A DNA stretch of 64,000 bases, from assembly GCA_963749495.1 (NCBI GenBank), contig CAVVMW010000012.1, positions 320,001-384,000 on the forward strand. Reading direction: 5' to 3'. Positions within the stretch are counted from its first letter, which is position 1. Every line of letters begins with the position of its first letter. Position numbers and translations under genes: made by a program. The notes beneath the pieces are model-generated. The model saw only the letters and a list, made by a program, of their open reading frames with translations. It was not told the origin of the DNA and did no database searches. Below, in pieces: positions 10,206 to 19,516 of the stretch. This stretch comes from an uncultured bacterium (GTDB taxonomy: Bacteria; Verrucomicrobiota; Verrucomicrobiia; Limisphaerales; UBA8199).

Positions 10206-11495
10206 GTGCGCAATCTCGAGGCGGTGGAAATTGGCCTGCGCGAGGCGCTCTTCCGCGATGCCTGTGGGATTCTGGGGGATTTGCTCAACGACCCGGCGCT
10301 GCCGGTGCCCGAGGATCAGGGCCGCCCAGGCGAAAGGTGCCACGCCGGCCGGCCCAAGGAGCCGCTGACCCTCTTCGGGCTAGTGGCCCTACGGCGCAAC
10401 TATTACTATTGGGCGAGCCGGGAGCAAGGCCGTGCCCCGCTGGACCAGGCGCTGGGTCTGTGGGCAGGCTATTCGCCCGGGGTGCTGCGGATCATTTGCC
10501 GCGCGGCCGCGCGCCATCCCTTCGACGTGGCGGCGGCCGAGCTCAAAGCCTATTGCGGGCTGCAGGTCGAAGGCCGCCAGATTCAGCGCATCGCTCAGGA
10601 AATGGGACCGCGGGTGCGGGCGGTCCAAGAACAATTGCCTCCCTTCAAGCATGACTCGGGCCTGATTCCCGTCATGTATATCGCCGTCAATGGCACCGGG
10701 GTTCCCATGCGGCCCGAGGAATTGGAAGGCCGTGCCGGCAAGCAACCCGATGGCTCAGCCAAGACCCGAGAGGTCAAGTTGGCTTGTGTGTTTACCCAAA
10801 CCACCCTTGATGAGGAGGGATTGCCGTTGCGGGACTTTGAGTCCTCCAGCTACGTGGCAGGCTTTGAAGAGGCACCCGATTTCATGGTGCGGGCACGCCA
10901 GGAGGCCCTCCGCCGCCGTCTGCCGGCAGCGCAGGTGTCGGTGCTGCTGGGCGACGGGGCTGCCTGGATTTGGGACCACGGGGCGAAGTGCTTCCCGATG
11001 GCCTTCCAAATTCTGGACTTGTATCACGCCCTGGAACATCTCTCCGACCTGACGAAATTGCTCGAACCGGACCCTGCCGCCGCCCAGGCCCTGTGGCGAA
11101 CTTGGCGCGAGCAGTTCTTGGCCGACGACGTGGAGGAAGTCCTGCGTCAAGCCCGGGAAAGGACGGGCAAACTGGCCGCTCAGACTGCTGAATCAGCAGG
11201 CAAGCAGATCGCATACTTCGAGCACAACCAGAGCCGTATGCTCTACGCCACCTACCGCGCTTTGGGATTTTTCTACGGCTCGGGGGTGGTCGAAGCCGGC
11301 TGCAAAACGGTTATCGGCGGACGCTGCAAGTGCTCCGGCATGCTTTGGTCAGAAGAGGGAGCTACCCACGTCCTGGATTTGCGCTGCGCTCTGTATGGCA
11401 ACCAATTCGACCAAGTTTGGGATCGCTTAAACCAAAGCGATTACCTGCGAATTCGCGTCGCCAACCCCCCGGCTCAAGCCGAGGAAGCTGCGTAA
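10206..11495 (+). CDS. ISKra4-family (UPF0236-like) transposase
   Basis: V[N]GTGVPM, TREVKL, LGDGA.WIW, LDLYHALEHL, GSGVVEAGCK, GMLW. The first catalytic Asp reads as Asn. Confidence 0.88.
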   Translation: MRNLEAVEIGLREALFRDACGILGDLLNDPALPVPEDQGRPGERCHAGRPKEPLTLFGLVALRRNYYYWASREQGRAPLDQALGLWAGYSPGVLRIICRAAARHPFDVAAAELKAYCGLQVEGRQIQRIAQEMGPRVRAVQEQLPPFKHDSGLIPVMYIAVNGTGVPMRPEELEGRAGKQPDGSAKTREVKLACVFTQTTLDEEGLPLRDFESSSYVAGFEEAPDFMVRARQEALRRRLPAAQVSVLLGDGAAWIWDHGAKCFPMAFQILDLYHALEHLSDLTKLLEPDPAAAQALWRTWREQFLADDVEEVLRQARERTGKLAAQTAESAGKQIAYFEHNQSRMLYATYRALGFFYGSGVVEAGCKTVIGGRCKCSGMLWSEEGATHVLDLRCALYGNQFDQVWDRLNQSDYLRIRVANPPAQAEEAA

Positions 11496-11597
11496 TGGCA
11501 CCTAATTGTTACTATTTTGTCCGGCTCCCCGTCAGGAGGCGGCCAAAGACTATGTGTTGACCGCTTCTTTTTCGTTCGGCACAGTGATTGATTGCGC

Positions 11598-11900
11598 ATG
11601 AGAAAATGCCGAATGCTCATCGGCTTGGCCATCGCGCTGAACCTGGGTGCCTTGGGTGCCGGGCATCGGGCGGTCCTTGAGAGCCCCTTCAGAAGGTACC
11701 GGTCTCATCTGACGGAAAGAGCCTGGGATGCGTTGACCGCGCGACCGGGTCTGACCATTTGCGCCGGGAGGCTGTCTCGGGCTGCGCTCTGGTCCGCCGG
11801 GACGGGAGGGAGTATCCCGCAACCTCGGCTGCGCTCGCGGACGGCCGCCTGGCGCTGGACTTCGGCGATGCTGGAGTCGAGGCCGTGCTCAAGGGTGACG
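11598..11900 (+). pseudogene. Fragment of a secreted hypothetical protein
   Basis: Signal-like start (MLIGLAIALNL) and protein-like text in another frame (EYPATSAALADGRLALDFGDAGVEAVL) that ends abruptly. Confidence 0.3.
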
Positions 11901-11945
11901 AATCGGTGGTCGACGCTGAAGCCTGTGTTGCAGAACACTCCGTGC

Positions 11946-12838
11946 ATGAGCGCGCATCAGGGCCGGTTTGTCCGCCGATGGCGGGGCTTCGAGTTTTCTC
12001 TCCTCTTCCTGGCCGTCGTTGGCGGGGCCTTTGCCCAGGAGCCGGCCGGGGGGCTGGACGCCGCCATCGAGCGACACCGCAAGGGCCTCTTGGTCATAAT
12101 GGCGTCGCCGGGGACGGACGTGACGGTCGAACAGCAGCGGCATGAGTTCTGGTTTGGCGCCGCGTTGGCGAACCAGGCCTTCAATGGAGGCATGCGCCCT
12201 GAGGACCGGCAGAAGTATCTCAGCGTCTTTCTCACCAACTTCAACGCGGCCGTGACCGAGAACGCCTTGAAACGGCACGACATGGAACGGAGCCGCGGCA
12301 ACGTGAATTACCGGACGGTGGACGCCATTCTCGCCTGGACCGGGGAGCACCGGATTCCGCTGCGCGGACATAATATCTTCTGGGGGATTCCCGGCATGGT
12401 GCAGGATTGGCTCAAGGCGATGACCGACGACGATTTGCGGGAGGCGCTCCAGGCCCGGGCGCTGGACATCGGCCGCCGCTACCGGGGCCGCTTTGCCGAA
12501 TATGACTTGAACAACGAGATGATCCACGGCAATATCGGATCTGCTTCGCCTGCCCGCGGGTCGAAGGGATACTGATGTGGGGCTTCTGGGAAGGGGCCAA
12601 CTGGATTCCCGTCTCCTCCCTTTACCGGCGGGATTGGACGCCGCTGCCCGCCGCGGACGCCTACCGGGACCTGGTGTTCCGCCAATGGTGGACGCGCTGG
12701 CAGGGCCGCGCGGATGCCCAGGGCCGGTGCGAGGTGCGGGCGTTTTACGGCCAATACCGCATCCAGGCAGGCGGCCACGAGCGGCTGGTGCGCCTGCCAA
12801 AAGCCGATGGCAGGTTGGTAGTTTCTTTCAAAGACTGA
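11946..12838 (+). pseudogene. GH10 endo-xylanase-like glycoside hydrolase with internal deletion and frameshift
   Basis: HEFWFG, ENALK, LRGHNIFW, YDLNNE, then a jump at ~12532 into YRICFACPRVEGILMWGFWE in another frame. The segment carrying the nucleophile is absent. Confidence 0.75.
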
Positions 12839-12872
12839 TTTTTTCCTCGACCATTTCTTTGCTGCGGCCACC

Positions 12873-14654
12873 ATGCCTGGCGTGATGACCAGGAGTTCGC
12901 ATCGTCTCGGGTCCGGAGTGGCTGCGGCGCTCTTGATGGCACTTTGTCCGGTCTTGGGCCAAACCGCCGCGCCTCGCTGGAATGTCCTTGAGGCCGGTGC
13001 CAGGCCGGACGGGCAAACGGATGGCACGGCTATTTTTCAAAGGCTGCTCGACGACGCCGGGAAAGCGGGCGGCGGCGTGGTGGAAGTCCCGGCCGGTCGT
13101 TACCGCATCGAAGCCAACCTGTCGATTCCGGCCAATGTGACCCTGCAGGGGATCTATCGCGTGCCGCCCACGCCCGGGCCGCTCCAGGCGGGCGCCCCGA
13201 ATGGCTCGGTGCTGCTGGCCTTCGCCGGGCGCGGTTCGGCCGAAGGACGGCCCTTCATTCGCCTGGCGGGCAATAACGCCGCGCTGGCCGGTCTTGTGAT
13301 TGCTTACCCGGAATGGAAGCAGAGCGATGTCCCGCCCGTGCCCTACCCGCCCTGCGTGCTGGCCGACGGCCCGGAAAACGTCGGCATTCGCGACTGCTGT
13401 TTTCTCAATCCCTACGAGGCGATCAAATTGGTGCGCGCGGCGCGCCACCTCGTCCGCAATGTCACCGGCTACCCCAGCAAACGCGGCATTTACGTGGATG
13501 AATGTTACGACATCGGCCACATCGAGAATGTGCATTTTTGGCCGTTCGGCGTTTCATACCAGCCGGATGATCCTTTCTGCAAATGGGTCAACACTCAAGG
13601 CGTCGCCTTCGAGTTGGCACGCACGGACTGGCATTACGTCCACAACACCTTCTGCTTCGGCTACGGCGTCGGCTACAAATTCTCGAAGTCCGCGCACGGC
13701 AGCGCCAACGGGAATTTCCTGGGGTTGGGCGCCGATTCCTGCCGGCGCGCGGTCCTGGTCGAGCAGGCGCAACCGCCCGGGCTCCTGATCTCGAACGGCG
13801 AATTCGTCGGGCGCTGGGGCAGCACCGATTCGGTCTGCCTCGAGATTGGGCCGGAGGTCGAGGGGACTGTGAGCCTGGCCAACTGCTCGTTCTGGGGCCC
13901 GATTGACCGCTGTGTCTGGATGCGCAGCGCCGCCGGGCAATTCACCGCCAGCGCCTGCCACTTCCTGGAGTGGGACAACGGCGGGGCCGGCTCGCCCGCG
14001 ATTCAATTGGACGCCGGCCGGGCGATCGTCCAGGCCTGCACTTTCAACCAGGCCAAGCTGCAGGTGGCGGTGGCAACGAACGTCACCTCGGCCATCCTCA
14101 CCGCCAACCAGGCGCAGGGTGGTTTCCGGGTGCGCAACCACGCCGGCAAACGCGCCCAGATCGCTCTCAACGAGGAAGACGCGCTCGACTGGACTGCCGA
14201 GGCCCGCGCCCATTATCGAATCACCCTTGGCGAGCCGGGGGACGCGCGCTATCTCGAGGCCTGGCAAGGGCCCGAGAAAGCAGCCCGGCCATTCCGCTGG
14301 TCCGGGGCCATATCTCGCCTGGTGCTCCCGGTTCTGCCTGGCAGGAGCTATACGCTGACCCTGGACCTTCAGTCGCCGACGCAAGCCTTGTCGGCCGACG
14401 CCGGACTCTACCTGGACGGCAAGTTGGTGGCGCCGCTCAAGAGCCAATCTGCGCTGGAAGCGACGCTCCCGCCCGCCACTGGGGACAGCATCGAGCTGGA
14501 GCTGCGCTGCAAGGGCTGGGTGCCGAAGCAGGTGATCGCCGGTTCGGGCGATCCTCGCGTGTTAGGCGTGCAGGCCTTCGGCCTGGTGATGAAAGCCGAA
14601 GGGGCCGTTCCGCAGGTCTTCGATGCCAACACCGGCCAAACGCGCAACCAGTGA
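12873..14654 (+). CDS. Secreted pectate-lyase-3/GH28-like beta-helix protein with a C-terminal beta-sandwich
   Basis: Signal peptide; NVLEAGARPDGQTDGT, GGGVVEVPAGRY, IENVHFWP. Confidence 0.8.
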   Translation: MPGVMTRSSHRLGSGVAAALLMALCPVLGQTAAPRWNVLEAGARPDGQTDGTAIFQRLLDDAGKAGGGVVEVPAGRYRIEANLSIPANVTLQGIYRVPPTPGPLQAGAPNGSVLLAFAGRGSAEGRPFIRLAGNNAALAGLVIAYPEWKQSDVPPVPYPPCVLADGPENVGIRDCCFLNPYEAIKLVRAARHLVRNVTGYPSKRGIYVDECYDIGHIENVHFWPFGVSYQPDDPFCKWVNTQGVAFELARTDWHYVHNTFCFGYGVGYKFSKSAHGSANGNFLGLGADSCRRAVLVEQAQPPGLLISNGEFVGRWGSTDSVCLEIGPEVEGTVSLANCSFWGPIDRCVWMRSAAGQFTASACHFLEWDNGGAGSPAIQLDAGRAIVQACTFNQAKLQVAVATNVTSAILTANQAQGGFRVRNHAGKRAQIALNEEDALDWTAEARAHYRITLGEPGDARYLEAWQGPEKAARPFRWSGAISRLVLPVLPGRSYTLTLDLQSPTQALSADAGLYLDGKLVAPLKSQSALEATLPPATGDSIELELRCKGWVPKQVIAGSGDPRVLGVQAFGLVMKAEGAVPQVFDANTGQTRNQ

Positions 14655-14729
14655 GGCGCGTTGAAAACTGCTTCATCACGGATGCCATCAACGAGATGGA
14701 GTGGTGGGTGGCTTTTCACCCGGAGGGAG

Positions 14730-14823
14730 AGGGCCGAAGGCCCGCAATGTGAAAGCCTGGGGTGAAGCGCGCAGCGCGCAGCCCCAGGTAAGGGCAAAGA
14801 GAGGTTTCGCCCGCCCTGTAGGG
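14730..14823 (+). repeat. REP-like unit, family C (left copy, interrupted by IS4)
   Basis: AGGGCCGAAGGCCCGCAATGTGAAAGCCTGGG..CCCAGG..CGCCCTGTAGGG. Inverted partner at 16920-17840. Confidence 0.75.
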
Positions 14824-14833
14824 GGAATGGCGC

Positions 14834-16299
14834 TTACATAAGACCGAGCTTGCGCAAACGGGCCCTGGTGCGGCGCGTGTGACGTTTGAGATGATCGCGG
14901 AACCTGCGGCGGGGTGCGTTGAGCCGCGGGTATTTGTTTTTCTTGCGTTTGACGGCGCGCGGCTCGCGTCGGTTTGGCCGCTCGGGGACCAAATCGGCGG
15001 CTAGCGTTTCGAGCAGATCGGACCACAGTTGGCGGCGTTTCTTTTTGGAGCGGGCTTGGGCCATGGCCTGGGTAAAGTGCCGGATTGCGTCCAGCGAGCC
15101 TTTGAAGCTGATGCGCTCCAGGGGCACCTCATGTTCGGTGGCGGCCTGAGCCATGGTGCCACGGATGAGATTGTGGGCGATGAGGCGCGTGTAGGCCTCT
15201 TTGCGAACCATGTTCGGGCTGCGCCCGCGGAGGGTCTCCATTTCCAGAGTGGTTTTCAGGTCATCCAGGCACATCTCCAGGCGCCACCGCCGCAAGTAAG
15301 CGCGGAGGATCTGTTCGGCGGGGTAGAGTTCTGGGTCCAAGAGCGTGGTCACCAGTTTGACCTGGCGTACGCGGAAGCCTTTCTGATAGCAACTGCCCTT
15401 GACCACGCGCACCGTCAACTGGCTGGGCAAGCCAATCCATTGGAGCAGCGTCAGCCAGGGAGCCCGGCGCTGGGGTTTTCCCCACACGAAGAGCCAGTCG
15501 TTTCTGCCCAAGCGGCGGAGGCGCCTTCGCCCATCGAGCCGGCGCGTGGACCGCCCGATGAAGTCCACGTTCAGAAGGTGCTTGAGCCAGGCGAGGACCG
15601 CGTAAAAACCGAAGCCGCGGTCTGCCACCAGGATATCCCCGGCCACCAATTGGCTGCTGAGCAGCGTCAACAACGACAGTTCGGAGAGCGCCAAGCTGCC
15701 TTGGGCCATGGCCAGGATCGCGCCGCTGAGCATGGAAAAGAGCACGACGATGCGCATCTTGGGGAAGCTGGGTTTGTCGGCGCACTGCAGAGGGGGATAC
15801 GCCCTTCGGTTTTTGCGCGTGTCGGCCAGCGTGAGGGCCGAGCCGTCGGCGGCCTTGAGGGGCCGGCCTTGGAGTTGAGTCAGGGCCGGGACTTGCTTGT
15901 CGGCGGCCCGGGCGGTGGCGGCCAAAACCTTGGGGAATTGCCTGAGCGGCAGGCGGGCCTTGGCGCGGCAGTAGGCGCCGTCCTCGGGGGAGATCTGGGG
16001 GCCGTCTTCCAAGAGGAAGAGGGCCTGGAGTTGGCGCACGACCTCGCGCCCGGAGGCGTCGGGGTTGAGGGCTTGCCAGACCATGCACCAGAAGGTGCGC
16101 CAGCGGGTGTAGTCGCGGTCGCGGCAGTTTTTGTGGGCGGAGGCCTTGGCCTTGGGAAAGCACTCCTGGGTACCGAGGAGGAGAAGCACTTTTCCAGTTG
16201 GCAGAGGGTATAGGCGCGGACCTGGCGGCAGGCGTGGGCGGTGCGGGAACCCAAGCGGGCCAGGCGAGAGCGCCAGGGTGGGAAAAAGGGCGTGTGCAT
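14834..16299 (-). CDS. IS4-family DDE transposase (frameshift near 16169)
   Basis: AADGS, VADRGF, Y..RW.LE...DDLK. Likely start MHTPFFP at 16299 is in a different frame from the body. Confidence 0.9.
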
Positions 16300-16343
16300 G
16301 TCCAGTATATATACTGGACTATGCTTGACCGGCAAGCTAAAAT
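16300..16343. promoter_or_regulatory. Divergent promoter region with a perfect 20-bp palindrome
   Basis: GTCCAGTATATATACTGGAC (16300-16319) abuts the transposase ATG. TGGACT-17 bp-TAAAAT ends 8 nt before ATG 16352. Confidence 0.6.
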
Positions 16344-16351
16344 TGAGGCCG

Positions 16352-16702
16352 ATGAACAAAAATCTGTATGAGGGCACCGCCTCCTGGGACCGGCAATACG
16401 AGCAATTGCGACGCCGTTTGAGCCAAATAGGCTACCTCAGCCAGGGCTCGGTGCAGGACCGCACGCGGCGCTCGGGCGGAGGTACCGGTTACCAGTGGAC
16501 GCGCAAAGTCGCGCAGAAGACGATCACCGTCTCACTAACCCAGGAGGAGTTCGAGCAGATGCGCCAAGCGGTTAACCACTACCGACAGGTGCGGGGGCTG
16601 TTGCGTGACATGGAGCGGCTGTCCCGCAAGATTATCTTCCAGAGGGCACCTCATCCCCATCGACGCAAGCGCCTAAGCGCCAAAGTTTTAGGCACTAAGT
16701 AA
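16352..16702 (+). CDS. DUF6788-like IS accessory protein (divergent from the transposase)
   Basis: LSQGSVQ, YQWTRKV.QKTITV.L, AV.HYRQVR.LL.DME. Stop codon lies inside the terminal IR. Confidence 0.72.
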   Translation: MNKNLYEGTASWDRQYEQLRRRLSQIGYLSQGSVQDRTRRSGGGTGYQWTRKVAQKTITVSLTQEEFEQMRQAVNHYRQVRGLLRDMERLSRKIIFQRAPHPHRRKRLSAKVLGTK

Positions 16703-16820
16703 GTGCCATTCCCCTGTAGGGGCGGAAGATGGCTTCTCGTCCTGAGGGCGAGGTGAAAAACGATGTTGGCCCGAGACTGGGGCATGAGGGGTGACGCCCT
16801 CCCCAGGAACCGACCCCAAG

Positions 16821-16860
16821 CCCGCAGGTTTTGGACTGCGGCAGTCCAAAACGCTTCGCG
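16821..16860. repeat. REP-like palindrome, family D (short form)
   Basis: TTTTGGACTGCGGCAGTCCAAAA; full forms at 50536 and 54401. Confidence 0.75.
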
Positions 16861-16919
16861 GGACGGGAACGCAGTGTCGAGGTTCAGGGGCGCAAAGCGC
16901 GAATTCGTTCCGGGAATTC

Positions 16920-17840
16920 TTACAGGGCTGGGGACCTTCGCGACGGTGGTTGACCTGGGCCTCCGCTCGTCTGACTCGGTGGGTAAGGGGGAGGCCGAAG
17001 CCACCCCCTCCCCGTTGTCGCAATGAGGTCAATTCCTCATACTGGACCGGCGAGCGGATTTCCCGCACCGGGCGACCCCGACAGCACGCGGGAGCGTGCG
17101 GTTCCTTATGCAGGACAGAGCTTGCCCCAAGAATGGGGGGTCCACGCCGACGGGGCAAGACCACTCCCCCCGAGGCGGAACTGTTCGCAGTGGGCGACCA
17201 GGCGTAAGGGACCGTTTCTTAGCCGAAGCTAACTTGTCCCCGGAACTGGTGAACACACTCGAATCGCTCTGTGGTTTTGCCTTTCCGCTGTCGAATCCCG
17301 ACGGCGTACTTTGGCTCTGGAGACATCCCTGAGGGCGGGGCCAGGGAGTGGCTGTTCCCGCCTCCGGAGCGTAGCCGAACCCTTTCGGACAAGCCTTATA
17401 GGTCCAGTTTATCGAGCAGACGCTCGAACTCCGTGGGACTTCATCGGTGAGTGAAACGGACCCTTTTCCCGGCATGAACGCATGTCGCACCGTACCGCCC
17501 AGCGAACGAACCGCATTTGTGGTTCGCCAGGAGCTTTGTGAAACCACCAAGCTAGGCTTCGTCCCTGGAGCAGGGACTCGCCCGGCGTTTCGGCTCATGG
17601 GCCTTCCTGCCAAGTCAAGGGAGCCGGCCTCTTCGCGACGGCACGTTGCTGCACCGCCCTGGCTACGTTCCCGCCTGGACCAACCCGGCGGTTTAGCTCC
17701 CCCGTTCTGGACGGAAGCGGCCCCGCCCAGGTAGGATTCCATCGTTGTTTCCATTGATGTCACCGTTTGAGACTTAGTTCATTTCACCCGACGACTCGCG
17801 GGCTCCAGCCCAGGCTCTCACATTGCGGGCCTTCGGCCCT
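16920..17840 (-). repeat. REP-like unit, family C (right copy), split by the intron-like RNA
   Basis: Removing 16979-17802 restores, on the minus strand, AGGGCCGAAGGCCCGCAATGTGAGAGCCTGGGCTGGAG|CGAGTCAGACGAGCGGAGGCCCAGG..GCCCTGTA. Confidence 0.65.
16979..17802 (-). ncRNA. ORF-less group II intron-like RNA (824 nt), atypical
   Basis: Domain V-like GUCGCCCGGUGCGGGAAAUCCGCUCGCCGG; domain VI-like GGGGAGGGGGUGGC-UUCG-GCCUCCCCCUU-A-CCCAC with bulged A and terminal AC; domain III-like GCCAAAGUACGC..GCGGAAAGGC. No reverse-transcriptase ORF. Confidence 0.7.
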
Positions 17841-17926
17841 GATGCTGGTTGAGGTTGGTTTCTCCAGAACACGCCGAGAAATCACCTTGCCGTCACCCAG
17901 CTTACTGCCTACAAACTGCAGCCGCT

Positions 17927-18572
17927 GTGAAAGCGCGACGCCGTTCTGGCTTGGGCTGTGTTGCTCCTGCTCGCCGCGATGGGGTTGGCCACCTATGTCC
18001 TGTCCCCCGGCGAACCGGTGTATCAGGGCCGTCGCCTCACCGAGTGGCTGCGTGACCTGCGCGAGGCGCCGCCCGCGACGGCGGAAGGCGCGGCGCGGCA
18101 AGCCGCGGCCACCGATGCGGTCCGGCGAATTGGCGTCAAGGCCTTGCCCACGCTCCTGGCGCTGGCGCGCGCCCGCCCCGCCGGCTCGGGACTCAGAGGT
18201 TGGATGGCGCGGCTACAGGGAAGGGCTCGCTTTGTCCAGTTCAACTGGAGATATGGCAAAGGCCCGCCCCCAGGCTTGAGGGAGAAGCTCTTGCTCGCGC
18301 TGGCAGGGAGCGGGAGCGCCTTTTTGCGAAGCCCCCTCCTCGTGGGACAGGATGATTCCTGGCTGGCGGCCAAAGGGTTTATCGCGTTGGGGCCGCTCGC
18401 AGAACCGGCCATCCCGGACCTGGCCAGGATGTTAACGAACAACGCCACCAGCCAAGAGGCCGCGATCTGCCTCATTGCCATCGGACCCGTCGCCGCCCCG
18501 GCACTCACGAATGCCAACGCGAGCCTGAGACGGGCCGCCGCGGAGGCCTTGCCGATTCGTTTGCGCCAATGA
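17927..18572 (+). CDS. TM-anchored HEAT-repeat protein (short; probable frameshift near the start)
   Basis: TM helix, EPVYQGRRLTEWL, IGVKALPTLL, LGPLAEPAIPDL, LIAIGP. GTG 17927 is out of frame with the body. Confidence 0.65.
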
Positions 18573-19516
18573 CTTTCACCAGACAAGCCGGTGATCGCCG
18601 TGGCATCACACGCCTCGAGTTGTTGGTTGTGGTTGCCATGCTGGGCCTGTTGACGTTCCTATTATTCCTCGGGCTGGTGCGGGACCGGCCGAAGGCGCAA
18701 GCCCTCCAGTGCCTGGCGAACCTCCAGCGTGTTACCGCCGCCGTCACGATGTACGCCCGGGACAACTCCGAGCTCTTCCCGCCCAATCCGGACGACGGCA
18801 CGACCAATGCGGGTTACAATTGGTGCGGCGGGGACGTACAAGGGGGAATGCCGCCTGGCGCACCCGGTGTCGCTGACATGACCAATCCGGATCTTCTGAA
18901 GGACCCGAGCACCTGCCTGGTCACCAGGTACCTGGTCGGCGGCGTCGAAGCGTTCCGATGCCCGGCCGACCCGCGCTACGGACCCTATCTTGGCACGGAC
19001 CCGGCCCAAAGGGGCAAACTCATCCCGGCGGCGCGCAGCATTTCGATGAACCACGGCGTCGGCACTATCGACCCGTCGTGGGCTTCAGGCCATGGCCATG
19101 CGGGCAAACCGACTCTTAAAGTGAATGGACCGTGGCTCGATGGCAGGCGTGGTCACAAAGCGGACAGCCCGTACGCCACCTTCGGCAAAATGAGCGATTT
19201 CGGCCCCGCCAGCCCCACCCAGATCTTCCTCTTGGCGGATGAGAATCCCGCGAGCATCAATGACGCCTCGCTGTCGGTGTGCGCTGCCGAGGCGAGGATA
19301 ATTGACCTTCCCGGGGCGTCCCACAACCATGGCGGCAGCTTTTCGTTCTGTGATGGCCATGCTGAAGTCCACCCCTGGAAGAGCGGGCTCATGGACTTGA
19401 CCACCGGGGCTTGGACGACGCGCTCCGCAGACGCTCCAGGGACCCTCACTTACGAGGATTGGTATTGGCTCGCCTCGCACGCAACCATCAATCTCACGAA
19501 CGGGGCCGTCCCTTGA
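18569..19516 (+). CDS. Prepilin-type N-terminal / H-X9-DG domain protein
   Basis: GITRLELLVVVAML, CLANLQ, FRCPAD, DE.P.SIND, HNHGGSFSFCDGH. Confidence 0.85.
   Translation: MTFTRQAGDRRGITRLELLVVVAMLGLLTFLLFLGLVRDRPKAQALQCLANLQRVTAAVTMYARDNSELFPPNPDDGTTNAGYNWCGGDVQGGMPPGAPGVADMTNPDLLKDPSTCLVTRYLVGGVEAFRCPADPRYGPYLGTDPAQRGKLIPAARSISMNHGVGTIDPSWASGHGHAGKPTLKVNGPWLDGRRGHKADSPYATFGKMSDFGPASPTQIFLLADENPASINDASLSVCAAEARIIDLPGASHNHGGSFSFCDGHAEVHPWKSGLMDLTTGAWTTRSADAPGTLTYEDWYWLASHATINLTNGAVP

Larger units (their letters stand above)
9697..11530 (+). mobile_element. ISKra4-like insertion sequence (~1.83 kb)
   Basis: Imperfect terminal IRs GGGGTGCGCGACAAAAAAGTAA / TTACTATTTTGTCCGGCTCCCC. Flanks gttcagga / gtcagga are a near-TSD. 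Contains a small ORF plus a DDE transposase. Confidence 0.85.
14824..16712 (-). mobile_element. IS4-family insertion sequence, copy 1 (1889 bp)
   Basis: IRs GGAATGGCGCTTAC / GTAAGTGCCATTCC; 9-bp TSD CCTGTAGGG (14815-14823 and 16713-16721); near-identical to 59301-61189. Confidence 0.95.

Noticed and set aside
17029..17763. 244-aa ORF as an intron-encoded protein
   Set aside because: No RT (YADD) or nuclease motifs; it runs through structured RNA domains, so it is probably a chance open frame.
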